IMG/VR virus record: IMGVR_UViG_3300045988_082369 | Location: 1-41,232 of that record | DNA from: a virus | Strand: one strand, 5' to 3' | Length of the DNA: 41,232 nt | In this document: one piece after another, positions 7,863 through 17,919 of the stretch | Numbering within the stretch: position 1 is the stretch's first letter | How the letters are laid out: every line of letters begins with the position of its first letter | Program-made: the position numbers and the translations under genes | Notes under the pieces: generated by a model | Told to the model about the DNA's origin: nothing | Databases searched by the model: none | What the model saw: only the letters and a program-made list of their open reading frames with translations

Positions 7863-10800
7863 ATGTTGGTCAGGCGGTCGGGTATCTTGATTTAGACACA
7901 ACTAAGTTTAAGGCAGGGTTCTCTTCTGCACTATCAACTTTAAAAGTTTTCCAAGATAAGTCAGCCACAACATCTGATAAGATTGGTGGTGTCGGGAAAG
8001 CTGCTGGAATGGCAGGACGGTCTCTGACCAAAGGTCTAACTGTACCGCTGACCTTGTTCGGAGGGGCTGCTCTGAAGGTTACATCCAACTTTGAGTCCCA
8101 AATGAGTAAAGTTAAGGCTATCTCAGGGGCAACAGGAAGTGACATGGATAAGCTCAAGAATAAGGCTGTTGAGATGGGTGCTAAGACTAAGTTCAGTGCC
8201 ACGGAATCGGGTCAAGCCTTCGAGTATATGGCAATGGCTGGTTGGAAGACAAGTGAAATGCTTGATGGTATCGAGGGTATCATGAACCTTGCTGCTGCTT
8301 CGGGTGAAGACCTAGCAACAACATCTGATATCGTAACGGACGCATTGACCGCATTCGGATATAAAGCAAAAGATGCAGGTCATTTCGCTGATATACTTGC
8401 TAAAGCATCATCAAATTCCAACACTAACGTCAGCTTAATGGGTGAAACCTTCAAATACGTTGCACCTGTAGCTGGTGCTCTAGGGTATAAGGCTGAAGAT
8501 GTTGCTGTAGCTGTAGGACTCATGGCTAACGCAGGAATTAAGGGGTCTCAAGCAGGTACAGCCCTCAGAACGATGATGAGTAGGCTTGCTAAACCTACAA
8601 ACGAGGTTCAAGGGGCGATGGATAAGCTGGGAATCAGCATGACCGACAGCAACGGTAAGGTGAAACCATTGAGAGACTTGATGGGTGACTTGAGAGAAAA
8701 ATTCAACGGTCTGTCTAAGGCTCAGAAAGCACAATACGCATCAACCTTAGCTGGTCAGGAGGGTATGTCAGGTATGCTGGCTATTGTAAATGCCAGTGAA
8801 AAGGACTACAAGAAATTGATTAGGGCGATTGATAACTGTGACGGGGCTGCTAAAAAGATGGCTGCTGAGATGGTTAACAACTTGAAAGGTAGCTTGATTC
8901 TTGCCAAGTCCGCAATGGAGGGTCTTGGAATTAAGATAGGTATCATCCTATTGCCAAGAATGAAAGCTCTTGTTGATAAGTTCACAGCCTTTGTTGCGTG
9001 GTTGAGCACAACAAGTGACCGTACGTTAAGATTGATAGTCAACTTCGGCACATTCTTAGCTGCAATCGGTCCAGTTCTCTTGATAGTTAGCAAGCTAATT
9101 GCAGCTTATCAAAAGCTCTCCAGGGTCTACTCTGTACTGTCTAAGGTACTTAAATCTGAGGCTATTGCAGGATTTATCAAGTCCGCAGCAGCTAAGATGA
9201 AAGATGTGGCTGCAACGATTGCAAGTACAGCAGCGAACATGGCAAATGCTGTATCTCAATCAGCAGTCGGTAGGTCAGCAGGCTCAGCAGTTGGCAGGGT
9301 CTTAGCTCTAGCATCTGCTCATAAAGTAGCAGCATTAGCTGCTCTAGGTGTTGTAGGGGCTGTGGCTGGAGTCGCCTTGTACATGTACAAAACAGGTATA
9401 TCATTCAGCGAGCTAGGAAACAAACTTGGGAACTTTGTGACCTCGTTTATCAACAGACTTCCGTTGCTGGTTTCACAGATTGGTGTGTTTATATCAAACT
9501 TCGCAGCTCAGATACCTACAATGGCAAGGTCGTTAGGCTCAGCCTTGGGAGATATCATAACTAAGGCTGCTAAATGGTGGGCTAATGACATGCCTAAGCT
9601 GATTAAAGTTGGCGGTGACATGATTGTGAAACTTATCGAGGGTATAACGGGTAAGATGCCTGCTCTCGTGAACTATGCAACTACAGCAATAGTTAGATGG
9701 GCTGATGCGGTATCAAGTAAACTTCCGACAATTATCAATTCGGGGGCTAACATGATGACTAAGTTCATCACAGGACTGTCTAATAAGATGCCTGAGATAA
9801 TTAATGCTGCGGTGAAGATAATTACAACTCTTCTGCAAGGGCTAGCGAATAACTTGCCTAAGATGGCAAAAGCCTCAGTTAAGATTATTGTTGCCATAGT
9901 AACGGGTCTAATCAAGGCACTTCCGCAGATAATTGCAGCGTCAGTGAAAATAATCCTTGCTTTAGCAAAAGGTATTGTCCAATCTTTACCAACATTGCTG
10001 AAAGGGGTTGCTCAAATAGCTCTCGCAATTGTGAAGGGTCTAATTAAGGCGATTCCAGCAATTATAGGGGCTGGTGTTAAACTGTTTGTGGCTCTTGTCA
10101 AGGCAATACCTAAAGCACTGGGTGCAATAGGAGGAGGCATAGCACATTTAACATCTTATATACGCAGTAAGATAAGCAGTGGGTTACAAGGTGCTTGGGG
10201 AGGTCTGAAATCGGGTCTTCATTCAGCACTTAGCGGAGCACATCAAGTAGCGTCATCAACTCTATCGAAAATGCAAACTTCATTCCAAACTCATGGAGGA
10301 GGAATAAGAGGTGCATGGGCTGCTACGTTAACAGGGGTCAATAGTGTTGCTCATTCGTCCTTCAACGGTCTTAATGCTATAACTGGCGGAAGGCTTGGAG
10401 CGGTTGTAAATACTGCTCACGGAATGTTTGGAGCTTTAAGAGGAAAAGTTGGTGGAGCTTTCACAGCAATCAAGGGTACATTCAACTCTTTCAGACCGCA
10501 CTGGCCTTCAATCGGGGGTAACCTTGTAGGAGCAGTAACTTCTGTAAGGAACAGAGTGTCGAGTGTGTTGAGTGCTATAAGAGGATTTTTCCACAACTTA
10601 AAGTTGAGAATCCCATCACCACACCTTCCTAAGCTACCTCACTTCTCATTGAAGACTAGCACAACTTCCATAATGGGTAAGTCAATCACCTATCCAACAG
10701 GATTTGGGATAAATTGGTATGCTAAGGGTGGAATCTTTAGCAGACCGACCATATTCAATACCCCATATGGCATGAAAGGTGTCGGAGAAGCAGGTGCTGA

Positions 10801-11089
10801 GGCAGTTGTTCCGCTATCCCAACTGTGGAGTAGACTAGATAAACTCATACACCACGTTGGAGCTATGGCAGAAACGGTAAAATTTGCGGTTTTAGCCATG
10901 GAAAATTCTTTCCCATCAAATATATTAGATGAGCTGTCAAAAGCAGCGAAAACGGAAGATTTTCCAGCAAATAAGCCACATCACGGTGGAGGTGACACCT
11001 ATAACTTCTACAGCCCTAAAGCATTGACCGCAGAAGAGTCAGCCCGTCAGATGAAACGAGCTAAGCGAGATTTAATACTTGGATACTAG
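7853..11089 (+). CDS. Tail tape measure protein
   Basis: 1078 aa with an N-terminal TMP core, hydrophobic segments and a periodic (about 22 aa) Ala/Ile/Lys repeat region. Position is canonical. Confidence 0.95.
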   Translation: MAVNVGQAVGYLDLDTTKFKAGFSSALSTLKVFQDKSATTSDKIGGVGKAAGMAGRSLTKGLTVPLTLFGGAALKVTSNFESQMSKVKAISGATGSDMDKLKNKAVEMGAKTKFSATESGQAFEYMAMAGWKTSEMLDGIEGIMNLAAASGEDLATTSDIVTDALTAFGYKAKDAGHFADILAKASSNSNTNVSLMGETFKYVAPVAGALGYKAEDVAVAVGLMANAGIKGSQAGTALRTMMSRLAKPTNEVQGAMDKLGISMTDSNGKVKPLRDLMGDLREKFNGLSKAQKAQYASTLAGQEGMSGMLAIVNASEKDYKKLIRAIDNCDGAAKKMAAEMVNNLKGSLILAKSAMEGLGIKIGIILLPRMKALVDKFTAFVAWLSTTSDRTLRLIVNFGTFLAAIGPVLLIVSKLIAAYQKLSRVYSVLSKVLKSEAIAGFIKSAAAKMKDVAATIASTAANMANAVSQSAVGRSAGSAVGRVLALASAHKVAALAALGVVGAVAGVALYMYKTGISFSELGNKLGNFVTSFINRLPLLVSQIGVFISNFAAQIPTMARSLGSALGDIITKAAKWWANDMPKLIKVGGDMIVKLIEGITGKMPALVNYATTAIVRWADAVSSKLPTIINSGANMMTKFITGLSNKMPEIINAAVKIITTLLQGLANNLPKMAKASVKIIVAIVTGLIKALPQIIAASVKIILALAKGIVQSLPTLLKGVAQIALAIVKGLIKAIPAIIGAGVKLFVALVKAIPKALGAIGGGIAHLTSYIRSKISSGLQGAWGGLKSGLHSALSGAHQVASSTLSKMQTSFQTHGGGIRGAWAATLTGVNSVAHSSFNGLNAITGGRLGAVVNTAHGMFGALRGKVGGAFTAIKGTFNSFRPHWPSIGGNLVGAVTSVRNRVSSVLSAIRGFFHNLKLRIPSPHLPKLPHFSLKTSTTSIMGKSITYPTGFGINWYAKGGIFSRPTIFNTPYGMKGVGEAGAEAVVPLSQLWSRLDKLIHHVGAMAETVKFAVLAMENSFPSNILDELSKAAKTEDFPANKPHHGGGDTYNFYSPKALTAEESARQMKRAKRDLILGY

Positions 11090-11098
11090 GAGAATACA

Positions 11099-11995
11099 AT
11101 GATTGAGACTAAATTTGAGAAAATTTTACTTGTGAATACGGTAACTCAGCAAGACCTTGTGTTGTCTGAACAAAACTCTGAGTATATCCTTGACGGGAGA
11201 CCTGACTGGGGGAGTGTAAGTGCCAACGTTGGCGTAATTGGTCACGGAAACAAGATAACCAGTATGGTGACTGACATTAGGCTTGGAACTAGAGACATTA
11301 CAATTACAGGTTGGGTAGTTGCAAGTGACTTTGTGGAAATGAAGAAAAAGAAAGCATTTCTTAACAAGTTTGTGAATCCGTTTCAGGAACTAGAACTTGC
11401 TTATGAGGACTATGCAATTTACTTCACACCTAACAAGTCAATTAAATGGGCTAAAGACTACTCCCAAAACAACGAGATTATGTGTAGGTTTGAAATAGAG
11501 GGGTTGGCGAGCAACCCCTTATTCCATCAATACAAGCCCTCGATTATCCGACAATCTCCGTCCTTGTCAACTAAGGTGTTCTCAATGATTATCAAGGAAG
11601 ACCATGGAACTATTCTAGGTGTGGCTGGTCAAGGGTCTAGTCGTAAGATAACCAATGAAGGTGATGTTCCGATGGGATTCCAGTTGACCTTAGTCAACAC
11701 AGGTTCACCGTTGAATAATCTCACCTTAGACAATGATGGGTCTTTTATCAAGCTCAGAGGTAAGATAGATCATGACGACACCTTAATTATTTGCACACGA
11801 TTTGGGGAGGAACAAATAACTCTCACCAACAAGAACGGAGACAAGACCGACATCATAGCAAGGCTTGCCAGAGGGTCATCTCTATTCACACTAAAGCCTG
11901 GAGATAACACAATTACAATATCAAGTGATGAAGGTAACTTAGAGAATCTTCAATTTGAGCTTGAATACTCACCGTTATTCTTGGAGGTGCAATAG
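11099..11995 (+). CDS. Distal tail protein (Dit)
   Basis: 298-aa ORF directly after the tape measure gene. Confidence 0.7.
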   Translation: MIETKFEKILLVNTVTQQDLVLSEQNSEYILDGRPDWGSVSANVGVIGHGNKITSMVTDIRLGTRDITITGWVVASDFVEMKKKKAFLNKFVNPFQELELAYEDYAIYFTPNKSIKWAKDYSQNNEIMCRFEIEGLASNPLFHQYKPSIIRQSPSLSTKVFSMIIKEDHGTILGVAGQGSSRKITNEGDVPMGFQLTLVNTGSPLNNLTLDNDGSFIKLRGKIDHDDTLIICTRFGEEQITLTNKNGDKTDIIARLARGSSLFTLKPGDNTITISSDEGNLENLQFELEYSPLFLEVQ

Positions 11996-13077
11996 TGGAG
12001 ATTTATGTAAGAGATGAGAACTTGAAAAGGGTTGCCATCATATCCCAATTTAGTTCGATAACTTGGTTGACCAAGTATAGGCACGTTGGTAACTTCACAA
12101 TTGAGTGCTCTATGAAATACTTTAACCTGTTTAAAGCTAAAGGCGAAAAATTCATAGAGAATACCGCAGACCCATGGAATTTAGCCTACGTGGAATCGGT
12201 CGAGAAGTCAACTACAGATGCTGGTGATAAAGTTCTCAAGATTAAGGGCAAAATGGCTCTTGGTTGGTTAAAAAACAGGGTCATCTTAACTGACACCTAT
12301 TTTGAGCAAAAAGATGTTGGGTATATAGCTGAGTCGTTAATGAAGTCCAACGTGACCGAACCGTCAGACCCTAGCAGGAATATACCAATTATCCGTTGGG
12401 TAGAGGTCGGTGAATGGGGTAAACTTGACCTGAGGTTGACACGAGGGTCTACCCTCCTACAGTCGCTATATGACTTGTGTAAGCCTCAAGACTTGGGGTT
12501 GGTTATGGAGTTCTGTGAGGATGAAAAACTCAACTTGAAGATTTATCAAGGAGTAAACAGAACCACAAACCAAACTGAAGCTCTACCTGTAACTCTTGAG
12601 CAAACCCGTGGAACTGCTGGGCAGATAGAGTATTACTTAGACAATAGTACGTTAGCAACTTGGGCTGCTATTGACAAGGAAAACAAAGTTCCAACAGAAC
12701 ACGGAACAGGGTCAGGGCTAGGTCGTAAAGAGGTGTTTCTGGACTACTCATCAGTAAATCAAACGATTACACAATCAGACGGGTCAGAGGTAAAAATAGC
12801 AGACCAGTATTATCAGAATATGATAATTAATAAAGCTCAAGCTGAGCTAGAAAAAATGGTTGAGACGCAGTACCTTGATGTTCAAACAACACAATTATTG
12901 GCTATGAGATTTAGAGATTCGCTGTATTTAGGAGATTTTGTTACTGTAATAGATACAGATACGGGATTTACTCAAGACCAGCAAGTTACAGCAGCCACGG
13001 AGATATGGGATTCTAAAGGGTATACGTTATCACTACAAGTTGGAAAAAGCTCAATTGACATGAGCGAGGAGGTGTAA
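11995..13077 (+). CDS. Siphovirus Gp37-like tail tip protein (Tal position)
   Basis: N-terminus MEIYVRDENLKRVAIISQFSSITWLTKYRHVGNFTIE matches the Gp37-like pattern. The GTG start overlaps the Dit stop by 1 nt. GGAGGTG SD. Confidence 0.7.
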   Translation: MEIYVRDENLKRVAIISQFSSITWLTKYRHVGNFTIECSMKYFNLFKAKGEKFIENTADPWNLAYVESVEKSTTDAGDKVLKIKGKMALGWLKNRVILTDTYFEQKDVGYIAESLMKSNVTEPSDPSRNIPIIRWVEVGEWGKLDLRLTRGSTLLQSLYDLCKPQDLGLVMEFCEDEKLNLKIYQGVNRTTNQTEALPVTLEQTRGTAGQIEYYLDNSTLATWAAIDKENKVPTEHGTGSGLGRKEVFLDYSSVNQTITQSDGSEVKIADQYYQNMIINKAQAELEKMVETQYLDVQTTQLLAMRFRDSLYLGDFVTVIDTDTGFTQDQQVTAATEIWDSKGYTLSLQVGKSSIDMSEEV

Positions 13078-13080
13078 ATT

Positions 13081-13689
13081 ATGGCAATGCAAGGTTTACC
13101 GTTCGATGCCAAGCAAGTCACAACAACTGATGGAACTTATTGGGATAGGGAAGTGTTCAGTAAGGACTTAGCAAAATACTTCGGACATCTCACATCTAAT
13201 GGCATACTTTTAGGGCGAGGACGAACATTGACAGATGAACTTCAAGTTGTCAATCAAGGTCAAAATGCTCTCGTTTCAACGGGGTATTGCATGATAGAGG
13301 GTCGAATGGGGTGGCTTGATAAACCTGAGGTTATTACCTTTGACATTGGTGGAAATCAACCAAGAATTGATACGGTGGCTGTAGAACTTAACACATCTTC
13401 ACAGGAAAGAAGATTTAAGGTTGTTGTTATCAAGGGGGTTGAAAGTTCATATCCCGTACCTCCACAGCTAACAAGGAACGACACAGTTTATCAGTTAGGC
13501 TTAGCGGACATCAAGCGATTCGCTAATTCATCCGCACTCGGTGCAATAACAGATACAAGGCAAGACGCTAACCGTTGCGGGGTCGCATCTGTCGATATCC
13601 CAAACCAAAAATTCTCAGACATCCACCTAGACAATTCAGAGTTAGAGTCAAAACTTGTGTCGGTACTTGGAGAACGTGTCAAATTATAG
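13081..13689 (+). CDS. Tail fibre / baseplate anchor-domain protein
   Basis: Pattern GLPFDAK...YWDREVFSKDLAKYF...PRIDTVAVEL...VIKGV...P.LTRNDTVYQLGLADI resembles the conserved N-terminal domains of Firmicutes phage tail fibres. Confidence 0.5.
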   Translation: MAMQGLPFDAKQVTTTDGTYWDREVFSKDLAKYFGHLTSNGILLGRGRTLTDELQVVNQGQNALVSTGYCMIEGRMGWLDKPEVITFDIGGNQPRIDTVAVELNTSSQERRFKVVVIKGVESSYPVPPQLTRNDTVYQLGLADIKRFANSSALGAITDTRQDANRCGVASVDIPNQKFSDIHLDNSELESKLVSVLGERVKL

Positions 13690-13698
13690 GAGGTAAAG

Positions 13699-14061
13699 AT
13701 GATAAGTTTAAAAAAGACCCTAGAAGCAATTGCTGATAAGGTTGATGAAATTAGCAAGGCTAAGCCTGAAATTCAAACCAAGACAATCACTAAAACAATT
13801 GACATTGGTAAGGGAAAAAACACTCTTGGAAGTGTTGAGTCGCTTATAGGCGTTTCTGTCAGAGACATTTTGTCTATAACGGGAACTGTTCATTATAGCA
13901 ACTACGTGTTACCGCTCTCATACCCCCATTTAAATTATGGTAATGCTGCTTATATAGAATGGGCACTAGCATGCATTATTGTTTCTGGAAGTTTTCAGAT
14001 TATCGCAGCATCCTCTTGGGGGTCTTGTACAGTGAATTTAGTAGTCCAATACAAAGAATAA
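13699..14061 (+). CDS. Hypothetical tail-tip protein (possible receptor-binding head)
   Basis: 120-aa ORF with an AGGAGG SD, lying between the fibre anchor gene and the lysis cassette. No motif recognised. Confidence 0.35.
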   Translation: MISLKKTLEAIADKVDEISKAKPEIQTKTITKTIDIGKGKNTLGSVESLIGVSVRDILSITGTVHYSNYVLPLSYPHLNYGNAAYIEWALACIIVSGSFQIIAASSWGSCTVNLVVQYKE

Positions 14062-14076
14062 GGAGGCAGCAATATA

Positions 14077-14388
14077 ATGACAAATCCTGAATTTATGGGA
14101 TATTTGATTACTGGGTTAGCAGCCTTGTTGACCCTTTTAACAGGGTTAAGCACGTTTGTCAGCAAACCAGTAAATGAGTTGAACAGATTAGTAACTATGC
14201 TAAATGCTAAACTTGAAGGTATTGAAGAAGATGTGAAAGAGGTACAAAAAGCTGTTCGTGAACAAGAATCTCATGATAGAGAATCTCATACCAGAATTTG
14301 GACAAAATTCAACAGTCAGGATGAAACCTTATTTGAACACGAAAAGCGAATTGGACATCTTGAACATAGAAACAACAAGGAGGGTTAA
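14077..14388 (+). CDS. Lysis-cassette membrane protein (N-terminal TM segment plus coiled coil)
   Basis: One N-terminal TM helix (YLITGLAALLTLLTGLSTFV), then a charged coil. Sits directly upstream of the holin. Confidence 0.45.
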   Translation: MTNPEFMGYLITGLAALLTLLTGLSTFVSKPVNELNRLVTMLNAKLEGIEEDVKEVQKAVREQESHDRESHTRIWTKFNSQDETLFEHEKRIGHLEHRNNKEG

Positions 14389-14393
14389 AACCT

Positions 14394-14783
14394 ATGGATT
14401 TTACAAAGTTTATGATGGAAATTATATCACCACTAATCTTAGTGCTGTGCCTTATGATAGGCTATCTGCTTAAGAATTTCTTGCCCACAGATAACAAGAT
14501 TATACCAGTAGTCTTATTCCTAGTTGGAGGGCTGTGTGGACTGATTATTCTTGGGCTGACCCTAAAAGCCTTCATTATTGGAGCTTTTTCGGGTCTTGCA
14601 AGCACAGGATTACATCAAGCATTTAAACAGTGGATTGAAGCCCCTAAGAAACTTGAAATGATGAATTTAGCAGCCTTAGGGAAGGGGGTTCAGCAGCTGT
14701 CGGAGTATAACGAAACTGATTTCGATAAACAATTTGCAGAGGATGTAGAATCTGTTAACGAGGGGGAGAAACACAATGGCTAG
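14394..14783 (+). CDS. Holin
   Basis: Two or three TM segments, a GLASTGLHQAFKQ motif typical of Firmicutes phage holins, and an acidic C-terminus. Its end overlaps the endolysin start. Confidence 0.75.
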   Translation: MDFTKFMMEIISPLILVLCLMIGYLLKNFLPTDNKIIPVVLFLVGGLCGLIILGLTLKAFIIGAFSGLASTGLHQAFKQWIEAPKKLEMMNLAALGKGVQQLSEYNETDFDKQFAEDVESVNEGEKHNG

Positions 14784-15795
14784 CACGAATTTTAAACAAT
14801 ACGATTCTCGTTGGGGTCGTAACCCTTACGCAGGTAGAAACATGATTGTCAGCGGTTGTGCCCCAACTGCTCTCGCAGACCTTATATACAGCGTTAACAC
14901 AGCTGTGACCCCTTGGGAGGTTGCTCAGTGGTTGAGTTCTCACGGGTACGCATCCAACGGTGACGGAACTTATTGGAGTGGTATCAAAGCTGCTCTACAG
15001 GCTTACAGATTCAATGTAAATTGGCATAATTCTATAAGCCAGCTATTCAGTGACTTAGCTAACGGTCAATACGGAATCTTGCTGTTCAAGAGAGGTACTG
15101 TTGGAGGGGTCACTTGGACGCTAGGTGGTCATTTTGTAGCTGTCAGAGACTACAAAGTTGTAGGTGGAGAACATTGGTTCTATATTGGAGACCCTGGGCA
15201 GAGAAATCATGATGGTTGGTACTGCTATGAAAGACACATGAAGGGTCTGATTTTACAGTGCTGGAGTTGTGTTGCTAGTGGTTCTCAGCCTCAGGCTAGA
15301 CCGTCCGCACCTGTTCAATCTACAGGAGGAACAACTTATGTTGTTAACTCAGCTATCGGTCTCAACGTGAGAGCAGGTGCTGGTACTCAGTATGCTAGAG
15401 TTGGTGGAGTAGCTAACGGAGCATCAGTAACCATCACAGAACGTTCAGGAAACTGGGGTTATGCACCTTCTCTCGGCGGTTGGCTCTGTATGGATTGGCT
15501 AAAATCCAATTCAACAGCAGTTGCACCTCGCCAAGCTAGATATCAAGTTGGCAAAAATTACACAATTGTAGCTAACGGAGGGCTGAGAGTTAGAGCAGGT
15601 GCTGGAACTAACTACCCTGTAAAACTTGTCAGCCAGCTAACTCCAAGCGGTAGAGCTCACGCAATTCGAGGAAGCAGGCAGGCAATCCTCATGAAAGGAA
15701 CAGTTGTAACTTGTCAGGCTATCAGCAGTAACTGGATGAAGATACCTAGTGGTTGGGTGTGCATACAAGACAATAAGGGAGTATACATTGTCTAA
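14776..15795 (+). CDS. Endolysin: N-terminal C39-like cysteine peptidase domain plus two C-terminal SH3b repeats
   Basis: FKQYDSRWGRNPYAG...SGCAPTALADL (Cys peptidase pattern). Two copies of LNVRAGAGT.Y....G...V.......W......GW. Confidence 0.85.
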   Translation: MASTNFKQYDSRWGRNPYAGRNMIVSGCAPTALADLIYSVNTAVTPWEVAQWLSSHGYASNGDGTYWSGIKAALQAYRFNVNWHNSISQLFSDLANGQYGILLFKRGTVGGVTWTLGGHFVAVRDYKVVGGEHWFYIGDPGQRNHDGWYCYERHMKGLILQCWSCVASGSQPQARPSAPVQSTGGTTYVVNSAIGLNVRAGAGTQYARVGGVANGASVTITERSGNWGYAPSLGGWLCMDWLKSNSTAVAPRQARYQVGKNYTIVANGGLRVRAGAGTNYPVKLVSQLTPSGRAHAIRGSRQAILMKGTVVTCQAISSNWMKIPSGWVCIQDNKGVYIV

Positions 15796-15805
15796 GGAGG
15801 TTGAA

Positions 15806-16183
15806 GTGAACATTACTGAGCTTGCTCAAGAACATGGGATGCTGAGCCTCACAGATTACGTTGATTATTACCTTAGCGATACCACCAAGGTTATAGACAA
15901 GGAGACCTCAGACAAGTTAAAAGAGTTCAGTCAGGGTCTAACTGATGACCACGATATAGACTTCATACGCATCAGATTTTACAAGCTATTTTTGGAGAAA
16001 ACTGACAGAGAGGTGCTAGAGGTTGTCGAGAATCTAATGCGCAATTGGTCGAAGATAGATTGGATAAACTTCTTTTCAGTCATATCTGACGTTGCAGATT
16101 CTTGGGATAAGACGGGAAAACCGCTGATTGAGGCTCGAGATTACGCACGTGAACGACTTGCAGAGTTGGGCGAATCTGTGTAA
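15806..16183 (+). CDS. Acidic hypothetical protein, last gene of the late arm
   Basis: GTG start 5 nt after AAGGAGG (15794-15800). Followed by the terminator. Confidence 0.5.
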   Translation: MNITELAQEHGMLSLTDYVDYYLSDTTKVIDKETSDKLKEFSQGLTDDHDIDFIRIRFYKLFLEKTDREVLEVVENLMRNWSKIDWINFFSVISDVADSWDKTGKPLIEARDYARERLAELGESV

Positions 16184-16186
16184 ATT

Positions 16187-16218
16187 AAAAGACGAGAGCA
16201 ATTTAGCTCTCGTCTTTT
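16187..16218. terminator. Bidirectional intrinsic terminator where the two arms converge
   Basis: Perfect 13-bp stem: AAAAGACGAGAGC (16187-16199), loop AATTTA, GCTCTCGTCTTTT (16206-18). A-tract on the 5' side and T-tract on the 3' side. The loop contains the helicase stop codon. Confidence 0.75.
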
Positions 16219-17615
16219 TCATATTCTCGTACATAATCAACAAGATTTTTCTTCATTTCGTGGGCTTTGAGGATTTTCTCATCTACAGATGTCAATTTAG
16301 GCACGTGGGATATAATGTGATAATAGGTAACTCTGTGTTTTTGTCCAGGTCTGTGTGTCCTCTTCAAGCTCTGAAGGTATAAACCGTAGGAGAAGGTGTG
16401 GCTGTAGTAGATACAGTATCTGCTACGGGTCAAGTCAATAGACTCAGACCCCGACTTGTATTGAACAGCGATTAAGTCAATTTTCTCATCAACCCACTCT
16501 TGGTAGTTGTTAAGTTGACCTGAAATTTCTCCGTATCTCCTGCCCTGCTTCTCGCACACAATCTTAATCATGTCAAAATCGTGTCTATACTTAGCAAAGA
16601 CAACAATTGGTGTGGTAGGGGGTGCTTCTTCCAACAGTTCCTCTAGAGCTGCGTACTTGGTACGGTCTAAATTTACTTGAAATTTATCAGTAAAAGTCTC
16701 ATCTTCCATGGGCAAGTAACCGCTAAGCAGTTGCTGAAGTCTGGTATGTAGGGTCAAGACATTGTTAGTTTCAACAATTCCTTGTTCATCTTCATATACA
16801 CCCTCCTTAACCAATTCACGGTACACATCCACAGCCCTCTTAGACAGCTCAATGTCTTTAATGAGATGAGTTGTATCGGGCAACTCAACTGAGGATTCTG
16901 CGTAGAATGCACAGCTATACATCTTTTCGTTAAGGTCATCAAGATTCTTATAGGGATTCTTAGAATCCAACACAGGGAATCCACAATATGCGGATTTAAC
17001 TTGGTCGATATTAACATACAAATTCTTGAAATTTCCAAAGTTAGTCCCAAATATATCAGGTCTTAAGAATCTATATTGACCGTATATATCCGTTGGGGCT
17101 TCAGACACTGGTGTTCCCGTTAGGATATAGCGGTATTGCACCTTCTTACCCAACCTAGCTAAAAACCTGCTAGCCTTCCCTGAAGGGCTTTTTATCCTGT
17201 GACTTTCATCACAAATAACGCAATCCCACGGCAATTTTAAAACTAAATCGGAAAAAGGTTCAATCCATACACTATCATAGTTAACTATATATACCAAAAT
17301 TTGATGGAAAATTTTACCTCTACCAAAAGTTTCTTTCACTTTTGATATCTTATCTGTCGTGGATAAGTCCGACAGCTTAAAACGCAAATTTTTGGCGATA
17401 TTAGAATGAACATCAAACTGCTTATCCCAAACGTCACAAGATTTCTTGGTAGTTACAATCAAGACCCTCTTAAAATCTTTGTTAACTATGGTGTCTATCA
17501 TAATTTTCGTTTTCCCCGACCCCATATCAGTAAAAAGAGCTGCTTGGTCATGGGTTATCATGTAGTCCAAAGCAGCCCATTGGTGTGGCCAAGGGTTCGT
17601 TTTAAGCTCGTACAT
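16203..17615 (-). CDS. SNF2-family helicase
   Basis: Motif I DMGSGKT and motif II DESH, plus a C-terminal helicase domain. The ATG at 17615 has a GAGAGG SD. The track start at 17639 is a TTG without an SD. Confidence 0.9.
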   Translation of the reverse strand: MYELKTNPWPHQWAALDYMITHDQAALFTDMGSGKTKIMIDTIVNKDFKRVLIVTTKKSCDVWDKQFDVHSNIAKNLRFKLSDLSTTDKISKVKETFGRGKIFHQILVYIVNYDSVWIEPFSDLVLKLPWDCVICDESHRIKSPSGKASRFLARLGKKVQYRYILTGTPVSEAPTDIYGQYRFLRPDIFGTNFGNFKNLYVNIDQVKSAYCGFPVLDSKNPYKNLDDLNEKMYSCAFYAESSVELPDTTHLIKDIELSKRAVDVYRELVKEGVYEDEQGIVETNNVLTLHTRLQQLLSGYLPMEDETFTDKFQVNLDRTKYAALEELLEEAPPTTPIVVFAKYRHDFDMIKIVCEKQGRRYGEISGQLNNYQEWVDEKIDLIAVQYKSGSESIDLTRSRYCIYYSHTFSYGLYLQSLKRTHRPGQKHRVTYYHIISHVPKLTSVDEKILKAHEMKKNLVDYVREYEKDES

Positions 17616-17919
17616 CCTCAACCTCTCTGAATTTATCAAGTTTTGCTATAAAATCCTTCACTTCCTCTAAGGAATAGACAACAGCACAAGCAGCCCCTGC
17701 TGACTTCCAACGCCTTAGATTGATAAGTTGTTTCTTGCTAGCTTTATTCCCGTGGTCAGGGGTCTTAACCTCCAGCCTGATGAATCTACCCTTATAACAA
17801 GCAAATATGTCAGCTTTTCCTGAGCTCATTGCTGACCCGTGGGTCTTTTCAGCTTGACAACCGTGCAACCCATTCAAGTAAGCCAATATTGAGGCTACAA
17901 TTGTGGATTCTATTGCCAT
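17602..17919 (-). CDS. VRR-NUC nuclease
   Basis: 105 aa with D...ExK (ADIFACYKGRFIRLEVK). Pairing with SNF2 is typical. Confidence 0.8.
   Translation of the reverse strand: MAIESTIVASILAYLNGLHGCQAEKTHGSAMSSGKADIFACYKGRFIRLEVKTPDHGNKASKKQLINLRRWKSAGAACAVVYSLEEVKDFIAKLDKFREVEDVRA

Noticed and set aside
14077-14388. Calling this ORF XhlA
   Set aside because: XhlA has an N-terminal coil and a C-terminal TM helix. This protein has the opposite topology, so only a generic lysis-accessory call is justified.
14258-14473. Plus-strand 71-aa ORF overlapping the lysis genes
   Set aside because: It is out of frame, overlaps two SD-backed genes (14077-14388 and 14394-14783), and has no SD of its own.
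16128-16382. Plus-strand 84-aa ORF
   Set aside because: It reads through the bidirectional terminator into the antisense of the SNF2 helicase gene. It is a shadow ORF.
17616-17639. The TTG at 17639 as the SNF2 helicase start
   Set aside because: There is no SD within range. The ATG at 17615 is preceded by GAGAGG at suitable spacing and reduces the overlap with the VRR-NUC gene to 14 nt.
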